Of a stretch of DNA of 59,428 nt, positions 8,211-18,388 are shown one piece after another. Each line of letters opens with the position of its first letter. Within the stretch, counting starts at the first letter, position 1. The notes under the pieces are model-generated. The model did not search any database, was not told where the DNA came from, and saw only the letters and a list, made by a program, of their open reading frames with translations. The translations under genes and the position numbers were made by a program. Source of the stretch: a virus (taxonomy: Duplodnaviria > Caudoviricetes); the IMG/VR virus record IMGVR_UViG_3300025379_000012, positions 1 to 59,428 of that record. One strand, given 5' to 3'.

Positions 8211-10774
8211 TGACAGCCAAGGTTGTTGCCCTACAGATCAAGCCTGGTATCCAAAGGGACGGTACTCAGTTTGCTTCGCCTACTTATGTAGATGGGCAGT
8301 GGGTACGCTTTCAAAACGGACTACCCAAAAAGATTGGTGGCTACAACGGCATCTTCTTAAATGCTACGGGCATATCTCGTGGCATGTACATGAGCTCACT
8401 CAACGGCCTAAACTACATTGTCTCTGGCTATAACAACGGCTTAGAGCAGTGGGTAACTGATAACGTATCTGGTATTGGTTCAGGACCTACACAACTCTAT
8501 CCAGTTGGTAGTATCACAACTCAATCCATCAAGTACGCTGGTATAGGCTACGTCAATGGTACGTACACTGGGGTTACGCCGGTCACATCTAGTGGCAACG
8601 GAAGCGGAGCAACTTATACGGTAGTTGTTTCTGGTAATGCTATAACGACTTTGACCAATACTGCAACCGGTATTAACTACGGTTACGGTGATACGTTTAG
8701 TTTTGCAAATTCAGATATAGGCGGTAATGCTTTATCTACTGTAGCGGTTACAGGAACTGCTGGACAATTTTCTTGTGCAAGCACAATCACTTTAGTCGCA
8801 GGTCAATCCATCAGTGTGACAGGTACTTTGACAGGTACAGCAACCGGCATACAGCCTGGTACGTATTACGTTATTACAGGCGGTACAACAACGTTCACAT
8901 TGTCAGCAACCGCAGGCGGTACGGCTTTAGTAACAACCGCTGGAACAACAACAGGTCTAACGTTTAACCCAGTGACACCGTTCCAAGGTCAGTTCACATC
9001 TGTAACTTATTACGGTAATAACGTTGCTCCCTCACTGTCTTATTTTCAACCAAATGCTAACAATCTTTGGCAGTTTGAGATTGGATATGACTCAACCGGT
9101 GGCAATCAGAATAAGTTAGTTGCTCATCCAGGGCAGAATCTGTCCGCAATTGATAGCACGGTCAATACTCGTCCTTTGTTTGGTAACTTTACCAGTACAG
9201 CATTAAACCCAGTTGGCGTGTTTACAGCAACTGGTACAACAACAAATGGATCTCCTAACGTTACATTCACAACGACCAATTATGCTATGGGACCAGGTGT
9301 CTCTATATCAGGAACTGGCGTACCGTCCAACACAACCATAGTCTCATCTAACCTGGTTAGTAATAACTTTACTCTGGCAAACGTTGCGGTGACGGGTACG
9401 GCTGGACAGTTTTCATGTAGCTCAACGACTCTTATTTCAGGCCAGCAAGTCATTGTGACTGGCGTACTGACGGGTACAGCTACAGGTATATCAGCAGGCA
9501 CTTACTACATCATTGCGACTAACGGATCGACAACATTCACATTGTCCACAACATCCGGTGGATCAGCGATTACGACTACAGCAGGCACAACGGCTGGACT
9601 GACTTTTGTTGCTCAAGTAGCTAGCGTATGGACAGTTGTTATGAGCGCTAATGCTACGGCCTCTGGTACGGTTACGCTGACATTTGATAACAACATTTCC
9701 GTATCTGGCGGAGTTGTTATGCTTCACCCGTATCTATTTGTTTACGGTAACAACGGCCTTATTCAGAACTGTGCGGCGTCCGACTTTAACAACTGGACAA
9801 GCGCAGACTCAAACGCCAACAACGTGTCTACAGGTAAGATCGTTAAGGGTCTACCTCTCAGGGGCGGTACAACATCGCCTGCTGGACTGTTCTGGTCTTT
9901 AGACTCAGTTATCCGCGTCAGCTACACACCGTCAACGGTAGGTGGTGTTAATTACTACTGGAAGTATGACTTGATTACGAGTCAGAGTTCAATCTTGTCT
10001 TCGTCCTCAGTAATTGAGTATGACGGATTGTTTTACTGGATAGGTGTTGATCGATTCCTCATGTATAACGGTGTTGTACAAGAGATACCCAACAGTCAGA
10101 ATCAAAACTGGTTCTTTGACAACCTTAACTACCAACAGCGTCAAAAGGTCTGGTGTACAAAAGTGACTCGTTGGGGTGAGATCTGGTGGTTCTATCCACG
10201 CGGTAACGCGACAGAGTGTACAGATGCAATCATTTACAACGTGCGTGAGAAGACTTGGTACGACGCAGGCCAAGCAGTTGGAGCCCAGCGCTCAGCAGGC
10301 ACATACACTGAGGTTTTCCATTATCCAGTAATGGGTGGATACGCGCCAAACAGCGCAGGCAAATACACGCTTTGGCAACACGAGACTGGTACAGACCAAG
10401 TCTACACGAACCAGGTTGACGCGATTAATTCATATATTGAGACACCGTCTTTAGGAACATATGCAGGTCTGGTAGGTTCTACTCAACAGCCTGGAGATAA
10501 CGTTTGGACTCGTTGTGAGAGGGTTGAGCCTGACTTTGTTCAATCTGGAACTATGACGGTCACGGTACTTGGTAAGGGCTACGCGGACGATACAGACATA
10601 ACCTCTGCGCCTTATCCTTTTGACCCAACGACTCTCAAAGTAGATATGCGTGAACAGCGTCGTGAATTGCGTTTGCGGTTTACGTCTAACGTTGTCGGCG
10701 GTAATTATTTCATGGGTAAAGTATTGTGTAGCCTGGATGTTGGTGATACTCGTAGTACTGCGAACCCTTCATAA
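8210..10774 (+). CDS. Tail nozzle / P22 gp10-like DNA stabilisation protein with inserted beta modules
   Basis: N-term PGIQRDGT..DGQWVRF..G.P.KIGG, propeller-like C half (FLMYNG.V, GEIWWFYP); duplicated internal module. Confidence 0.65.
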   Translation: MTAKVVALQIKPGIQRDGTQFASPTYVDGQWVRFQNGLPKKIGGYNGIFLNATGISRGMYMSSLNGLNYIVSGYNNGLEQWVTDNVSGIGSGPTQLYPVGSITTQSIKYAGIGYVNGTYTGVTPVTSSGNGSGATYTVVVSGNAITTLTNTATGINYGYGDTFSFANSDIGGNALSTVAVTGTAGQFSCASTITLVAGQSISVTGTLTGTATGIQPGTYYVITGGTTTFTLSATAGGTALVTTAGTTTGLTFNPVTPFQGQFTSVTYYGNNVAPSLSYFQPNANNLWQFEIGYDSTGGNQNKLVAHPGQNLSAIDSTVNTRPLFGNFTSTALNPVGVFTATGTTTNGSPNVTFTTTNYAMGPGVSISGTGVPSNTTIVSSNLVSNNFTLANVAVTGTAGQFSCSSTTLISGQQVIVTGVLTGTATGISAGTYYIIATNGSTTFTLSTTSGGSAITTTAGTTAGLTFVAQVASVWTVVMSANATASGTVTLTFDNNISVSGGVVMLHPYLFVYGNNGLIQNCAASDFNNWTSADSNANNVSTGKIVKGLPLRGGTTSPAGLFWSLDSVIRVSYTPSTVGGVNYYWKYDLITSQSSILSSSSVIEYDGLFYWIGVDRFLMYNGVVQEIPNSQNQNWFFDNLNYQQRQKVWCTKVTRWGEIWWFYPRGNATECTDAIIYNVREKTWYDAGQAVGAQRSAGTYTEVFHYPVMGGYAPNSAGKYTLWQHETGTDQVYTNQVDAINSYIETPSLGTYAGLVGSTQQPGDNVWTRCERVEPDFVQSGTMTVTVLGKGYADDTDITSAPYPFDPTTLKVDMREQRRELRLRFTSNVVGGNYFMGKVLCSLDVGDTRSTANPS

Positions 10775-11013
10775 TGGCCGTAACTTACGACCCTCGCAAT
10801 TTAACATGGGACTACTACTGTCGTCTCATGGAAGAACAGTTTGCTCCCAATCAACTTGGAAACGTTCCAGAAGAAAAATGGAGAGACTGGGTAGACGGGA
10901 TGAACGGCATCGGGTATTTTGTTCAATCTGCTATTCCTGACCACAGAGGTTTTACCACTTGGCAGGAATGGGCGGCACAGTTAGTCGGAATAATGAGTTT
11001 GGATCCACAATGA
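10774..11013 (+). CDS. Hypothetical protein (Trp-rich)
   Basis: Translationally coupled ORF. Confidence 0.7.
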   Translation: MAVTYDPRNLTWDYYCRLMEEQFAPNQLGNVPEEKWRDWVDGMNGIGYFVQSAIPDHRGFTTWQEWAAQLVGIMSLDPQ

Positions 11014-11372
11014 CACCTTCAGAAATTATCACAGCAGATGCTCTGCAACATCATGTTGATCCCCAACATGTCTTAGCCTATGTATCAGAGCAGGTTGCTT
11101 CGGCAAAGGGCAACGTGATGCAACACGGTAATAGTCTTTTGTTGTTGATTCATATGGGACAAGGCGCGGCTGAGTGTCATCTGTACACCCAAGACAATCC
11201 GATAGCACTGCGTAAAGCGTTAGTGGCTTTTCTCGACACGATTAAGAAAACACCTGTAAGACGTTTGTATGGAAAAGCAGACAACCCAGGTATATTGCAA
11301 ATGTTGCATATGATTGGATTGAATGTAGAGCATTCTGACCAGCCCCAGTTCAACTGGATGGTTAACATATAA
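11010..11372 (+). CDS. Hypothetical protein (possible degenerate GNAT-like virion assembly factor)
   Basis: ATGA overlap; lies before the ejection genes, where such proteins are common. Confidence 0.5.
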   Translation: MTPSEIITADALQHHVDPQHVLAYVSEQVASAKGNVMQHGNSLLLLIHMGQGAAECHLYTQDNPIALRKALVAFLDTIKKTPVRRLYGKADNPGILQMLHMIGLNVEHSDQPQFNWMVNI

Positions 11373-11382
11373 GGTGAAATAA

Positions 11383-12819
11383 ATGGGAGCAGTATCCTCA
11401 GTTGCAAACGACATAACTGGCGCAGTTAAAGATGCCGGTAATTTCCTGAACAATACGGTAAAAGGTATTGAAAGAAATCCTTGGACCGCTATAGCAGACG
11501 CAACAGCGATTGCGCTTGGACAGCCTGAGTTGTTGCCGCTTATTAATCCTGCAATAGCGATTGCGCAAGGCCAAGATCCTACAAAGATTGCTGAGAGCGC
11601 GGCGATAGGTGCGGCACTTGGTCCACTGAGCTCTGGCATATCAGATGTGGCTGGAACTAATTTGGCTGGAAACTTTGCCTCTGGTGCAATTAAATCAGGT
11701 CTGAGCGGTCAAAACATGCTTGCAGGCGGTATCAACAGCGACCTCAATACTTTGAGCGGTGATGCTAATTCTGCGATTAAAGACTATACCGGCGTATCAG
11801 GACTGCCTACAGTAAACTTTGCTAAGCTGGCAAGCCCTGTTGTTGGTGAGCTAACGGGTTCTGGTGGGTCAAGCATGGGTAGATCTAATGCACCTTTGGC
11901 CAAGCCTGCAACAAACTCTTTGTCAGCCCAAACTGATTTGCCTGACCTTACTTTGGGTAATTTGGGCATGTCTAAATTGGGTTTAAGTTCTTTAGATCCA
12001 AATGCACAGACCGAACTAAAGTCTAAGAATACGGCCGGTGAAAACGGTGTTGAGCAAGTAGCGGTTGCCCAGGGCGGTTCAATTGACATGAGTAAGATGG
12101 TGCCTGAGTTGATGGAAGTTTTACAAAGACACATCAAGCCCAAGCACTTTGATCAAGGCGGTTCTAGTGTCTGGGACAATCCAGATGTAAAGGCTATTGA
12201 TTGGAAGACCATGCAACAGAGCTTTACGCCTACGTTTGCAAAGACTTACGATCCAACTCTAATGACGTCTAAAGGATCTAACACGGCAGGCGTTAAGATA
12301 AATCCTCTCACATCTTTGGCTCAAGGTCCTTTGAGCGGATTAATTCACAAGGCTAAGGGTGGACTATCCAAGTACCACGAAGCGGCTCCAGAGGGGCATC
12401 ATCCTGAGTTTATAACCGGTGTGACTGGATACTACGCAGGCGGTAGGGGTACAGGCCAATCAGACGACATTCCAGCGATGCTCCACAACGGAGACTATGT
12501 AATTGATGCTGAAGCTGTATCAGCGCTTGGAGACGGTTCTAGCAAGGCTGGTAACGATGCCTTAATGAAGTTTATGCACCAAGTTCCCCATGACAAGAAG
12601 ATTGAAGGGGAGCCCGTACCGGCAAAGATAGCGGACGGTGAAGTTGTCCTTCCATCGTCCTTTGTAACTGCGTTAGGGCATGGCGACAACAAGTTTGGCG
12701 CAAAGATGCTCGACGCGATGAGAGAAGAGCTCAGAGAGCACAAAAGATCAGCACCAACGTCTAAAATACCACCAAAGGCAAAATCTCCTCTTGATTACCT
12801 CAAGATGGCAAAGGGTTAA
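11383..12819 (+). CDS. Internal virion/ejection protein with duplicated G.GTG.SD.IPAML..G.YV domain
   Basis: Gly/Ala-rich N half; GRGTGQSDDIPAMLHNGDYVI and VPAKIADGEVVL. Confidence 0.6.
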   Translation: MGAVSSVANDITGAVKDAGNFLNNTVKGIERNPWTAIADATAIALGQPELLPLINPAIAIAQGQDPTKIAESAAIGAALGPLSSGISDVAGTNLAGNFASGAIKSGLSGQNMLAGGINSDLNTLSGDANSAIKDYTGVSGLPTVNFAKLASPVVGELTGSGGSSMGRSNAPLAKPATNSLSAQTDLPDLTLGNLGMSKLGLSSLDPNAQTELKSKNTAGENGVEQVAVAQGGSIDMSKMVPELMEVLQRHIKPKHFDQGGSSVWDNPDVKAIDWKTMQQSFTPTFAKTYDPTLMTSKGSNTAGVKINPLTSLAQGPLSGLIHKAKGGLSKYHEAAPEGHHPEFITGVTGYYAGGRGTGQSDDIPAMLHNGDYVIDAEAVSALGDGSSKAGNDALMKFMHQVPHDKKIEGEPVPAKIADGEVVLPSSFVTALGHGDNKFGAKMLDAMREELREHKRSAPTSKIPPKAKSPLDYLKMAKG

Positions 12820-12821
12820 AC

Positions 12822-13925
12822 ATGGCAAATCTGCTTCAATCGACACAACAAACGGCGACCACAGCGCCACAGTACTACACAGATTATTTAAGTAATCTTG
12901 CTGGAGCTGGCACAGCCGCGCAAAAGAATGCGCAGTTCGTTGGCCCAACCGATCTACAAAACCAGGCATTTCAAAACGTTGGATCAGCAACGTCAGCTTA
13001 TCAGCCAACACTTAACCAGGCCGGTACTGCATTAAACCAAGCGGTATCAGGACCCTCCCCATTACAGGCGGGATCTAGCTACCTACAGTCGGCTACACAA
13101 GATCCATCACAGTTAGCGGCTCAGTACATGAGCCCCTATATCAATACGGTTGTAAACCAGATAGGGGATGCTAACTCACGTAACATTCAGCAAAACTTAG
13201 CGCCGGCGGCTATTGCTGGAGGAGTTTCAACTGGTCAGGCTGGATCACAAAGGGCTAATCAAGTCCTTGGACAAACGATTAACAATGCTAATCAAAATGC
13301 TTTAAATCAACAGTATCAAGCTCTGAATACTGGTTACAACACGGCTTTACAGACCGCTGAACAGCAGAATCAACTAGAGGGTACTTTAGGTAGTACAGCA
13401 GGTAACGAGGCGTCTTTGGGTCAGCAGAATCTGATTCAGGGAGGCACTCAGCTAGGTAATTTGGCTCAGACCAATCAAAACTTAGGACTGGGAAATATTA
13501 ATGCGTTGTCTACACTAGGCGGTCAACAACAGACAATTGAGCAGAATAGACAAAACTATCCGCTCACAACTTTGTCTACCCTGGCAGGTCTTATGTCTGG
13601 CCAACAGGTTCCTACAACAACAAGCACAACACTCAATGCTTCACCTTTGTCTACACTTGCGGCACTTGGTGCTGGTGGTGCTGGACTTGCTCAGCTTGGA
13701 AGTGGATTGGGATCAATACTTGGAAGTAGTGGATCAAGTTTAAGCAACATGCTTGGATTTAATACTACGGCACCAACACAAAATGGAATAGATACTACAG
13801 TTCCAGCAGGAGGTGATCAAATTTTAACAGATAAATTTGGTAACCCATTGAATAGTACACCTGTAAATAATCCTTCTCCAACATCTGATAACACTAATAA
13901 CTCGTCTGATAACTCAAATAATTAA
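12822..13925 (+). CDS. Ejection (DNA pilot-like) protein
   Basis: Q/A/N/G-rich, YMSPYINTVV motif, glycine-zipper-like C-terminal segment. Confidence 0.6.
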   Translation: MANLLQSTQQTATTAPQYYTDYLSNLAGAGTAAQKNAQFVGPTDLQNQAFQNVGSATSAYQPTLNQAGTALNQAVSGPSPLQAGSSYLQSATQDPSQLAAQYMSPYINTVVNQIGDANSRNIQQNLAPAAIAGGVSTGQAGSQRANQVLGQTINNANQNALNQQYQALNTGYNTALQTAEQQNQLEGTLGSTAGNEASLGQQNLIQGGTQLGNLAQTNQNLGLGNINALSTLGGQQQTIEQNRQNYPLTTLSTLAGLMSGQQVPTTTSTTLNASPLSTLAALGAGGAGLAQLGSGLGSILGSSGSSLSNMLGFNTTAPTQNGIDTTVPAGGDQILTDKFGNPLNSTPVNNPSPTSDNTNNSSDNSNN

Positions 13926-13936
13926 GTGGGTAAAAC

Positions 13937-15379
13937 ATGCCTGATAAATCACCTTTAACTTTACCTACGTTGCCAAACGTAGAGAACATTGATTCATCAA
14001 AAATCAATTTAGCAGGTTACTACGATAAAGAACATCCAGAAATTGCCAATCAAATTGATCAATTTATGGATGAAAGAAATAAATATATCAACTCTTTAGA
14101 AGAGAGATATAAAAATCCTAATTGGTTCAAGATTGCGGCTGGGTTTGCTAAACCACAGTTGGGTGGATTTGCCGCTTCTTTAGGTTCAGCCGCGGAGGCC
14201 GCTGGAGAACAACAAGAATTACAACGTGCAGTTGCTCCTACAGTTGCAAAGATGAGAGCCGAGAATGCCGCTTTTGGATCAAACTTAGCTCAAAGGAATG
14301 TACAGCAACAATTGTTTAGAAAGTGGCAAGAATCAGGTGGTAAGGATACTAAATTAGCCGGTGAAATATATAATTTAGATCCAAGCTCATCAGCCGCACA
14401 AGCTGTAAAAGGCTCTCTTGAAGCTGGTAGCACTATCTCTGGTACTCAGGCTACAAATGTAAATACTCAGATTCAAGGTCAAAAAGCAATAGCAGAAAAT
14501 CCCTACATTACTCTTAAAGAAGATCCAATGTGGAAGGGAACAGTTGCGGCCAATACGCCTCAAGAAGCTCAGAACTATTTAACAAAACTAAATCTTGCTA
14601 GACCAAAAGATTATCCACAAGATAAATGGGAAGCAATGACAACTTCTGAAAAGCAACATGCGATTGCAGACTATGGAAAAAATCTTACTTCACAAGGTCT
14701 AGATCAAGAGCAAAGATCAGCTACTAAAGCTGAGTCTGCAAACAACTTGTTGGGTGATTTAACTTACCTTAGAACATTGGGTGCTGATAAATCTTTGACT
14801 CCAGTATTTTCTGCATTCAACAATGGCGACTTAATCTCCATGTTTAGATCTTACTTGGATAAGAATCCTGGTAATGTTAACAATGCCATGGAGGGCATGA
14901 TTTCTGCGGCAATGCAAAACATTAAAAACCCAACTCCTGAGATACGTGAAAAGGTTGATAAGCTGGTCAAGGGTATTGCACGTCTTGAAGTTAACTTACG
15001 TGGATCTAACGTTAACCCAACGGATGCGTTCCAGACTTTGAACTCTAATGCCTCACCAAGCCTTGCAAACTCACAGTCTGGCTTTATTGGTATCTTAGAT
15101 CAGATGGGCTTACAGGCTCGTCACGATATTGACCGACATAATCGTCGCATCAACAGCGGTGTATCAAATCGTGAAGTTTGGAGCGATCCTACGCTTGAGA
15201 ATCAATATCAAGATGAAGTTGAAAGACTTGCTAAGTCTAATGCTTTAGAGGCTACGCCTAGATGGTACAAAGGCACTGCGCCTAAAGCTGAGCAAAAAGC
15301 AACAGAACAAAAAACAAGTGGATCTAAACCTCGTTTTACTAGCGCAAAAAGTTTAATTGAAGAAGCAAGTAAACCTTAA
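13937..15379 (+). CDS. Internal virion/ejection protein
   Basis: Helical 480-aa ORF in the ejection cluster; AAGFAKP..GGF..SLGSAA. Confidence 0.55.
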   Translation: MPDKSPLTLPTLPNVENIDSSKINLAGYYDKEHPEIANQIDQFMDERNKYINSLEERYKNPNWFKIAAGFAKPQLGGFAASLGSAAEAAGEQQELQRAVAPTVAKMRAENAAFGSNLAQRNVQQQLFRKWQESGGKDTKLAGEIYNLDPSSSAAQAVKGSLEAGSTISGTQATNVNTQIQGQKAIAENPYITLKEDPMWKGTVAANTPQEAQNYLTKLNLARPKDYPQDKWEAMTTSEKQHAIADYGKNLTSQGLDQEQRSATKAESANNLLGDLTYLRTLGADKSLTPVFSAFNNGDLISMFRSYLDKNPGNVNNAMEGMISAAMQNIKNPTPEIREKVDKLVKGIARLEVNLRGSNVNPTDAFQTLNSNASPSLANSQSGFIGILDQMGLQARHDIDRHNRRINSGVSNREVWSDPTLENQYQDEVERLAKSNALEATPRWYKGTAPKAEQKATEQKTSGSKPRFTSAKSLIEEASKP

Positions 15380-15387
15380 GGCAAATT

Positions 15388-16803
15388 ATGGCTGATCAAT
15401 TATCGAAAGAACAAAAAGAAATCATTAACAATATTGTTAAAGAGGCAAAGGCTCAAGGTATTGATCCTGAGTTTGCTGTTGCTTTGGCTAATCTTGAAAG
15501 TGGTTTCAAGCATGTTCCTGCTAGCGATAAAGACTCTACAGCTTTTGGTCCGTTTCAAGTTAACAAAGCTACAGCCAAAGCGAATAATGTTGACTATGAT
15601 GAAATGGTCAAAAATCCACAGTTAGCAATTGAAACTGGAATAAAGAATATTGTTCGTCATGCAAAGAATCCTTTGTTTGAGGGTGATCCAGCTCGTATTG
15701 CCGCGGCACATCGATATGGTGAAGGATCTGATTTTGCAAAGACTGGCGATCTTGAACATATTAAAAAAGATCCAGTGCTCCGTGATTATTTGATTCACGC
15801 CTCTGAGCATTTTGATAACGGCGAACTGCCTGAATCAATTTATAAAGAGCCAAAGCACGAAGAGAAATCTAATGAGCAACCCGCAGTTGCAAATGCTGAA
15901 GAGCCTAAAAACGTTCCTATTAATAGTTTTCCGCAACCTCAGACTGAAGTACCCAGAGCAATTGCTGGGGCTATGGGTGCGGCAGGAGGAGCTGGCGTAG
16001 GTGGCTTGCTTGGAACTAAAGCCGCATTGTTGCGTTCTAAGTACGATATTGCTCAACTGATTGCATCTTATCCAGACGCCAAGGCCGCTTTCTTAGCCGG
16101 TAAGTCTCCATCTGAAGTTGCCGCAATCGCACTCAAACACGTTAGTCAACCTGCACCAACACCCACAGGTACGCCTTTGCCAGAAGCGCAAGGACCGTTG
16201 ACTGGTAATCCTGCCGGCGGTTATCAAACACAAAACTGGGTAGCCTCTGGTGACACTCAAGGTAGATACTCTGACGTTGGAATGAATGCAAGAGATAAAG
16301 CTGAAGCTCATCAGATGAAGCTTAAGGCTATGGCCGCTGAAGATAAGATTAGACAAATTGCACCTGAGTTTGCTCCTGACGTTAACCGTGCAGGGTTATT
16401 TATTCCTCAAGGCGCAGGCCGTGGTCCTTCTCCAAGATTTGGCGGTACACCTAATGTACCTATTGCTCCAGTTGTTCAAGCAGTTTCTGAGGCCGCTAAG
16501 CCGTCTTTATGGAGCGGTCTTGCTTCTTTGGCAAAGAACTATACGCCAGTGATTAAATACCCTGCGACTGGGGCTCTTGCTGGACTCAACTTTGGCCAAG
16601 GTATGGCTGATGCTTACAATAAATTTTCACAAAAGAAATATGGTGAAGGTGCACTTTCTTTAGGCGAACAAGGTCTAGGTTATTTAGCACCTAGAGCACT
16701 TGGAGCTTTAGAACTTGGTCTACATTCTGGTGAATTAAATCAGAATGAACAAGAAGAGTTAGCAAGACGCCAAAGAATGGCTCCTACGATTACTGGGCAG
16801 TAG
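15388..16803 (+). CDS. Ejection protein with N-terminal lytic transglycosylase (SLT) domain
   Basis: GIDP..A.A.A..ESGF, AFGPFQV...TA, AAAHRYGEG motifs. Confidence 0.75.
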   Translation: MADQLSKEQKEIINNIVKEAKAQGIDPEFAVALANLESGFKHVPASDKDSTAFGPFQVNKATAKANNVDYDEMVKNPQLAIETGIKNIVRHAKNPLFEGDPARIAAAHRYGEGSDFAKTGDLEHIKKDPVLRDYLIHASEHFDNGELPESIYKEPKHEEKSNEQPAVANAEEPKNVPINSFPQPQTEVPRAIAGAMGAAGGAGVGGLLGTKAALLRSKYDIAQLIASYPDAKAAFLAGKSPSEVAAIALKHVSQPAPTPTGTPLPEAQGPLTGNPAGGYQTQNWVASGDTQGRYSDVGMNARDKAEAHQMKLKAMAAEDKIRQIAPEFAPDVNRAGLFIPQGAGRGPSPRFGGTPNVPIAPVVQAVSEAAKPSLWSGLASLAKNYTPVIKYPATGALAGLNFGQGMADAYNKFSQKKYGEGALSLGEQGLGYLAPRALGALELGLHSGELNQNEQEELARRQRMAPTITGQ

Positions 16804-16813
16804 CCCTAACAGG

Positions 16814-16860
16814 TCACGTCGAAAGAGTCTCCTCGGCGTGATGGCCTTGCAGTTGGCCAT
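16814..16860 (+). ncRNA. Candidate small RNA / structured 3' element (two hairpins, GTCTCCTC anti-SD-like loop)
   Basis: TCACGTCGA/TCGGCGTGA and ATGGCC/GGCCAT stems upstream of the terminator. Confidence 0.4.
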
Positions 16861-16863
16861 TTA

Positions 16864-16891
16864 ACCCCTACCGCGTGGTAGGGGTCTTTTT
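16864..16891 (+). terminator. Rho-independent terminator between convergent operons
   Basis: ACCCCTACC-GCGT-GGTAGGGGT then CTTTTT. Confidence 0.85.
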
Positions 16892-16892
16892 G

Positions 16893-17093
16893 TTACTCAG
16901 CGCGTACTTCCGCCAACTTCTCTCCGAGTACACGGTTGAGGTCAGTAACCACCTTTACACAGATTGCACGCTCTTCCCTGGCGCCTTCTCTGGCAAAAGC
17001 ATCTGCCAATAGCTTTAGATCTTCCTCTAGGAAGTTATGATTCTCTTCCATGTGTACAGACCTAAAGATCTCGTTCATACGTTCTACGTTCAT
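16893..17093 (-). CDS. Hypothetical protein
   Basis: Last gene of the leftward operon; EERAIC motif. Confidence 0.7.
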   Translation of the reverse strand: MNVERMNEIFRSVHMEENHNFLEEDLKLLADAFAREGAREERAICVKVVTDLNRVLGEKLAEVRAE

Positions 17094-17473
17094 TTAGCTC
17101 TCCTTTTTAGTGGTGGACGTCCGCGGCGTTTAGGTGCTTGTATCTCTGCAAGCTTTTTAAGATAATTTTCACGTTTTACTGGATCGTCCCAAATACCTTT
17201 TCGTTTCATAGCATTTATCTGGGTTTCGTTTAAAACGACTCGTGTTGGTTTCTTTTTATATTCTTCATCAACCATCCTTCTTAACACTTGACTGAATGCG
17301 CTTGGTTGATAAATAGCAGAAAAAGCCCCACCATCTTCTTTGTCGGCTTCAGCCTTACATTCATCCAAATAGTTAAGTAAAATTTTTGTTTTGTGTTCAA
17401 TCGCACCCTTTATGAACTCAAATTCATTGCGGGCAACATCCATAAGAATTCTTTCTTTCATATCAAGCTCCAA
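17090..17473 (-). CDS. Hypothetical protein with C-terminal AT-hook-like KRRGRPP
   Basis: ORF overlap pattern; RGRP motif. Confidence 0.65.
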   Translation of the reverse strand: MELDMKERILMDVARNEFEFIKGAIEHKTKILLNYLDECKAEADKEDGGAFSAIYQPSAFSQVLRRMVDEEYKKKPTRVVLNETQINAMKRKGIWDDPVKRENYLKKLAEIQAPKRRGRPPLKRRAK

Positions 17474-18251
17474 AATTATTTTTAAGTTTCCAAAACTGTA
17501 AGAGACACTTAAACATCTCCCACCCCTTTAGCAGATCTTCCTCAGACCACTCAACCACCTTGATGAGCCCTATGTGCGTCCTAGAGACAAACACATTCGC
17601 ACAGCGTGCATGAGTTAAATTAAGGCCGTAGCGATAGCTAGCGAGTTGCATGACGTGTTCGTCGTAGCCCTCTACCTTATCGTCTGGCCCAAAGTCCTTG
17701 GTCTTAGCGTCTATGACGATGCCGGTGGGTGCTGACTCGTCTGGTTCACAGTACATGTCTACCTTACCGCCAAAGCCTAGATTGCTGGAGAATGATCGCT
17801 CAGTCTTCCAGGGCTGGAAAGGATGGGTCTTAAAGTGATTAAAGACCGTCTCCTCAAACGCCTTGGCTATCTCTGGGTGCTCTACCTTCTTATTACCGCC
17901 GTACCACTTCTCAATTGATTCGTGAATGCGTGTACCGCGTTCTGCGGCCTGCTTTCCCGTCTCCTTTGAGTCAAACACAATACGAGCGATAAAGTCCTTC
18001 TCAGACTCATCTGGCCGCTTTGGCAGGGTAAGCGCCGCCAAGAGCAACTGCTCGTTCTTCCAGACCTCTAGACCAGGCTTAGCCATGATTTTCATCACGG
18101 TTGTGACCGAAGGTACTAGGTTGAACTTGCGTGCGTCTCTGAGCGTTGTAGGACGGTCTGAGCCGTCTTTGGCTTTGACGGTGTACTGGGGTGAGCCGTC
18201 TTGGCCGTACCAGTGAACCGACTCAGCCGATCTTGCGATTATTGTTGCCAT
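17463..18251 (-). CDS. PD-(D/E)XK exonuclease (RecB/Cas4-like phage recombination nuclease)
   Basis: PSVTT, RGT.IHE, GKVD...IDAKT, QLASY motifs. Confidence 0.8.
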   Translation of the reverse strand: MATIIARSAESVHWYGQDGSPQYTVKAKDGSDRPTTLRDARKFNLVPSVTTVMKIMAKPGLEVWKNEQLLLAALTLPKRPDESEKDFIARIVFDSKETGKQAAERGTRIHESIEKWYGGNKKVEHPEIAKAFEETVFNHFKTHPFQPWKTERSFSSNLGFGGKVDMYCEPDESAPTGIVIDAKTKDFGPDDKVEGYDEHVMQLASYRYGLNLTHARCANVFVSRTHIGLIKVVEWSEEDLLKGWEMFKCLLQFWKLKNNFGA

Positions 18252-18379
18252 TACTTTTCCGATGTGATTTTGATTGATTTAATTGCTTGTACGCCTTGAT
18301 CGAGATTGCTGGCCATCTCCATGACGTTGTGTGTTGCCACATAAAGTCCTAAGAAAAGTCCTATTAGGAACTGAACCAT
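18251..18379 (-). CDS. 42-aa membrane peptide
   Basis: RBS AGGAG; MVQFLIGLFLGLYVATHNVMEMASNLDQGVQAIKSIKITSEK. Confidence 0.6.
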   Translation of the reverse strand: MVQFLIGLFLGLYVATHNVMEMASNLDQGVQAIKSIKITSEK

Positions 18380-18388
18380 GGAGTTCTC

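Noticed and set aside
17463-18251. Cas4 as part of a CRISPR system
   Set aside because: There is no array or other cas gene and no clear four-Cys Fe-S motif; it is best explained as a phage recombination exonuclease.
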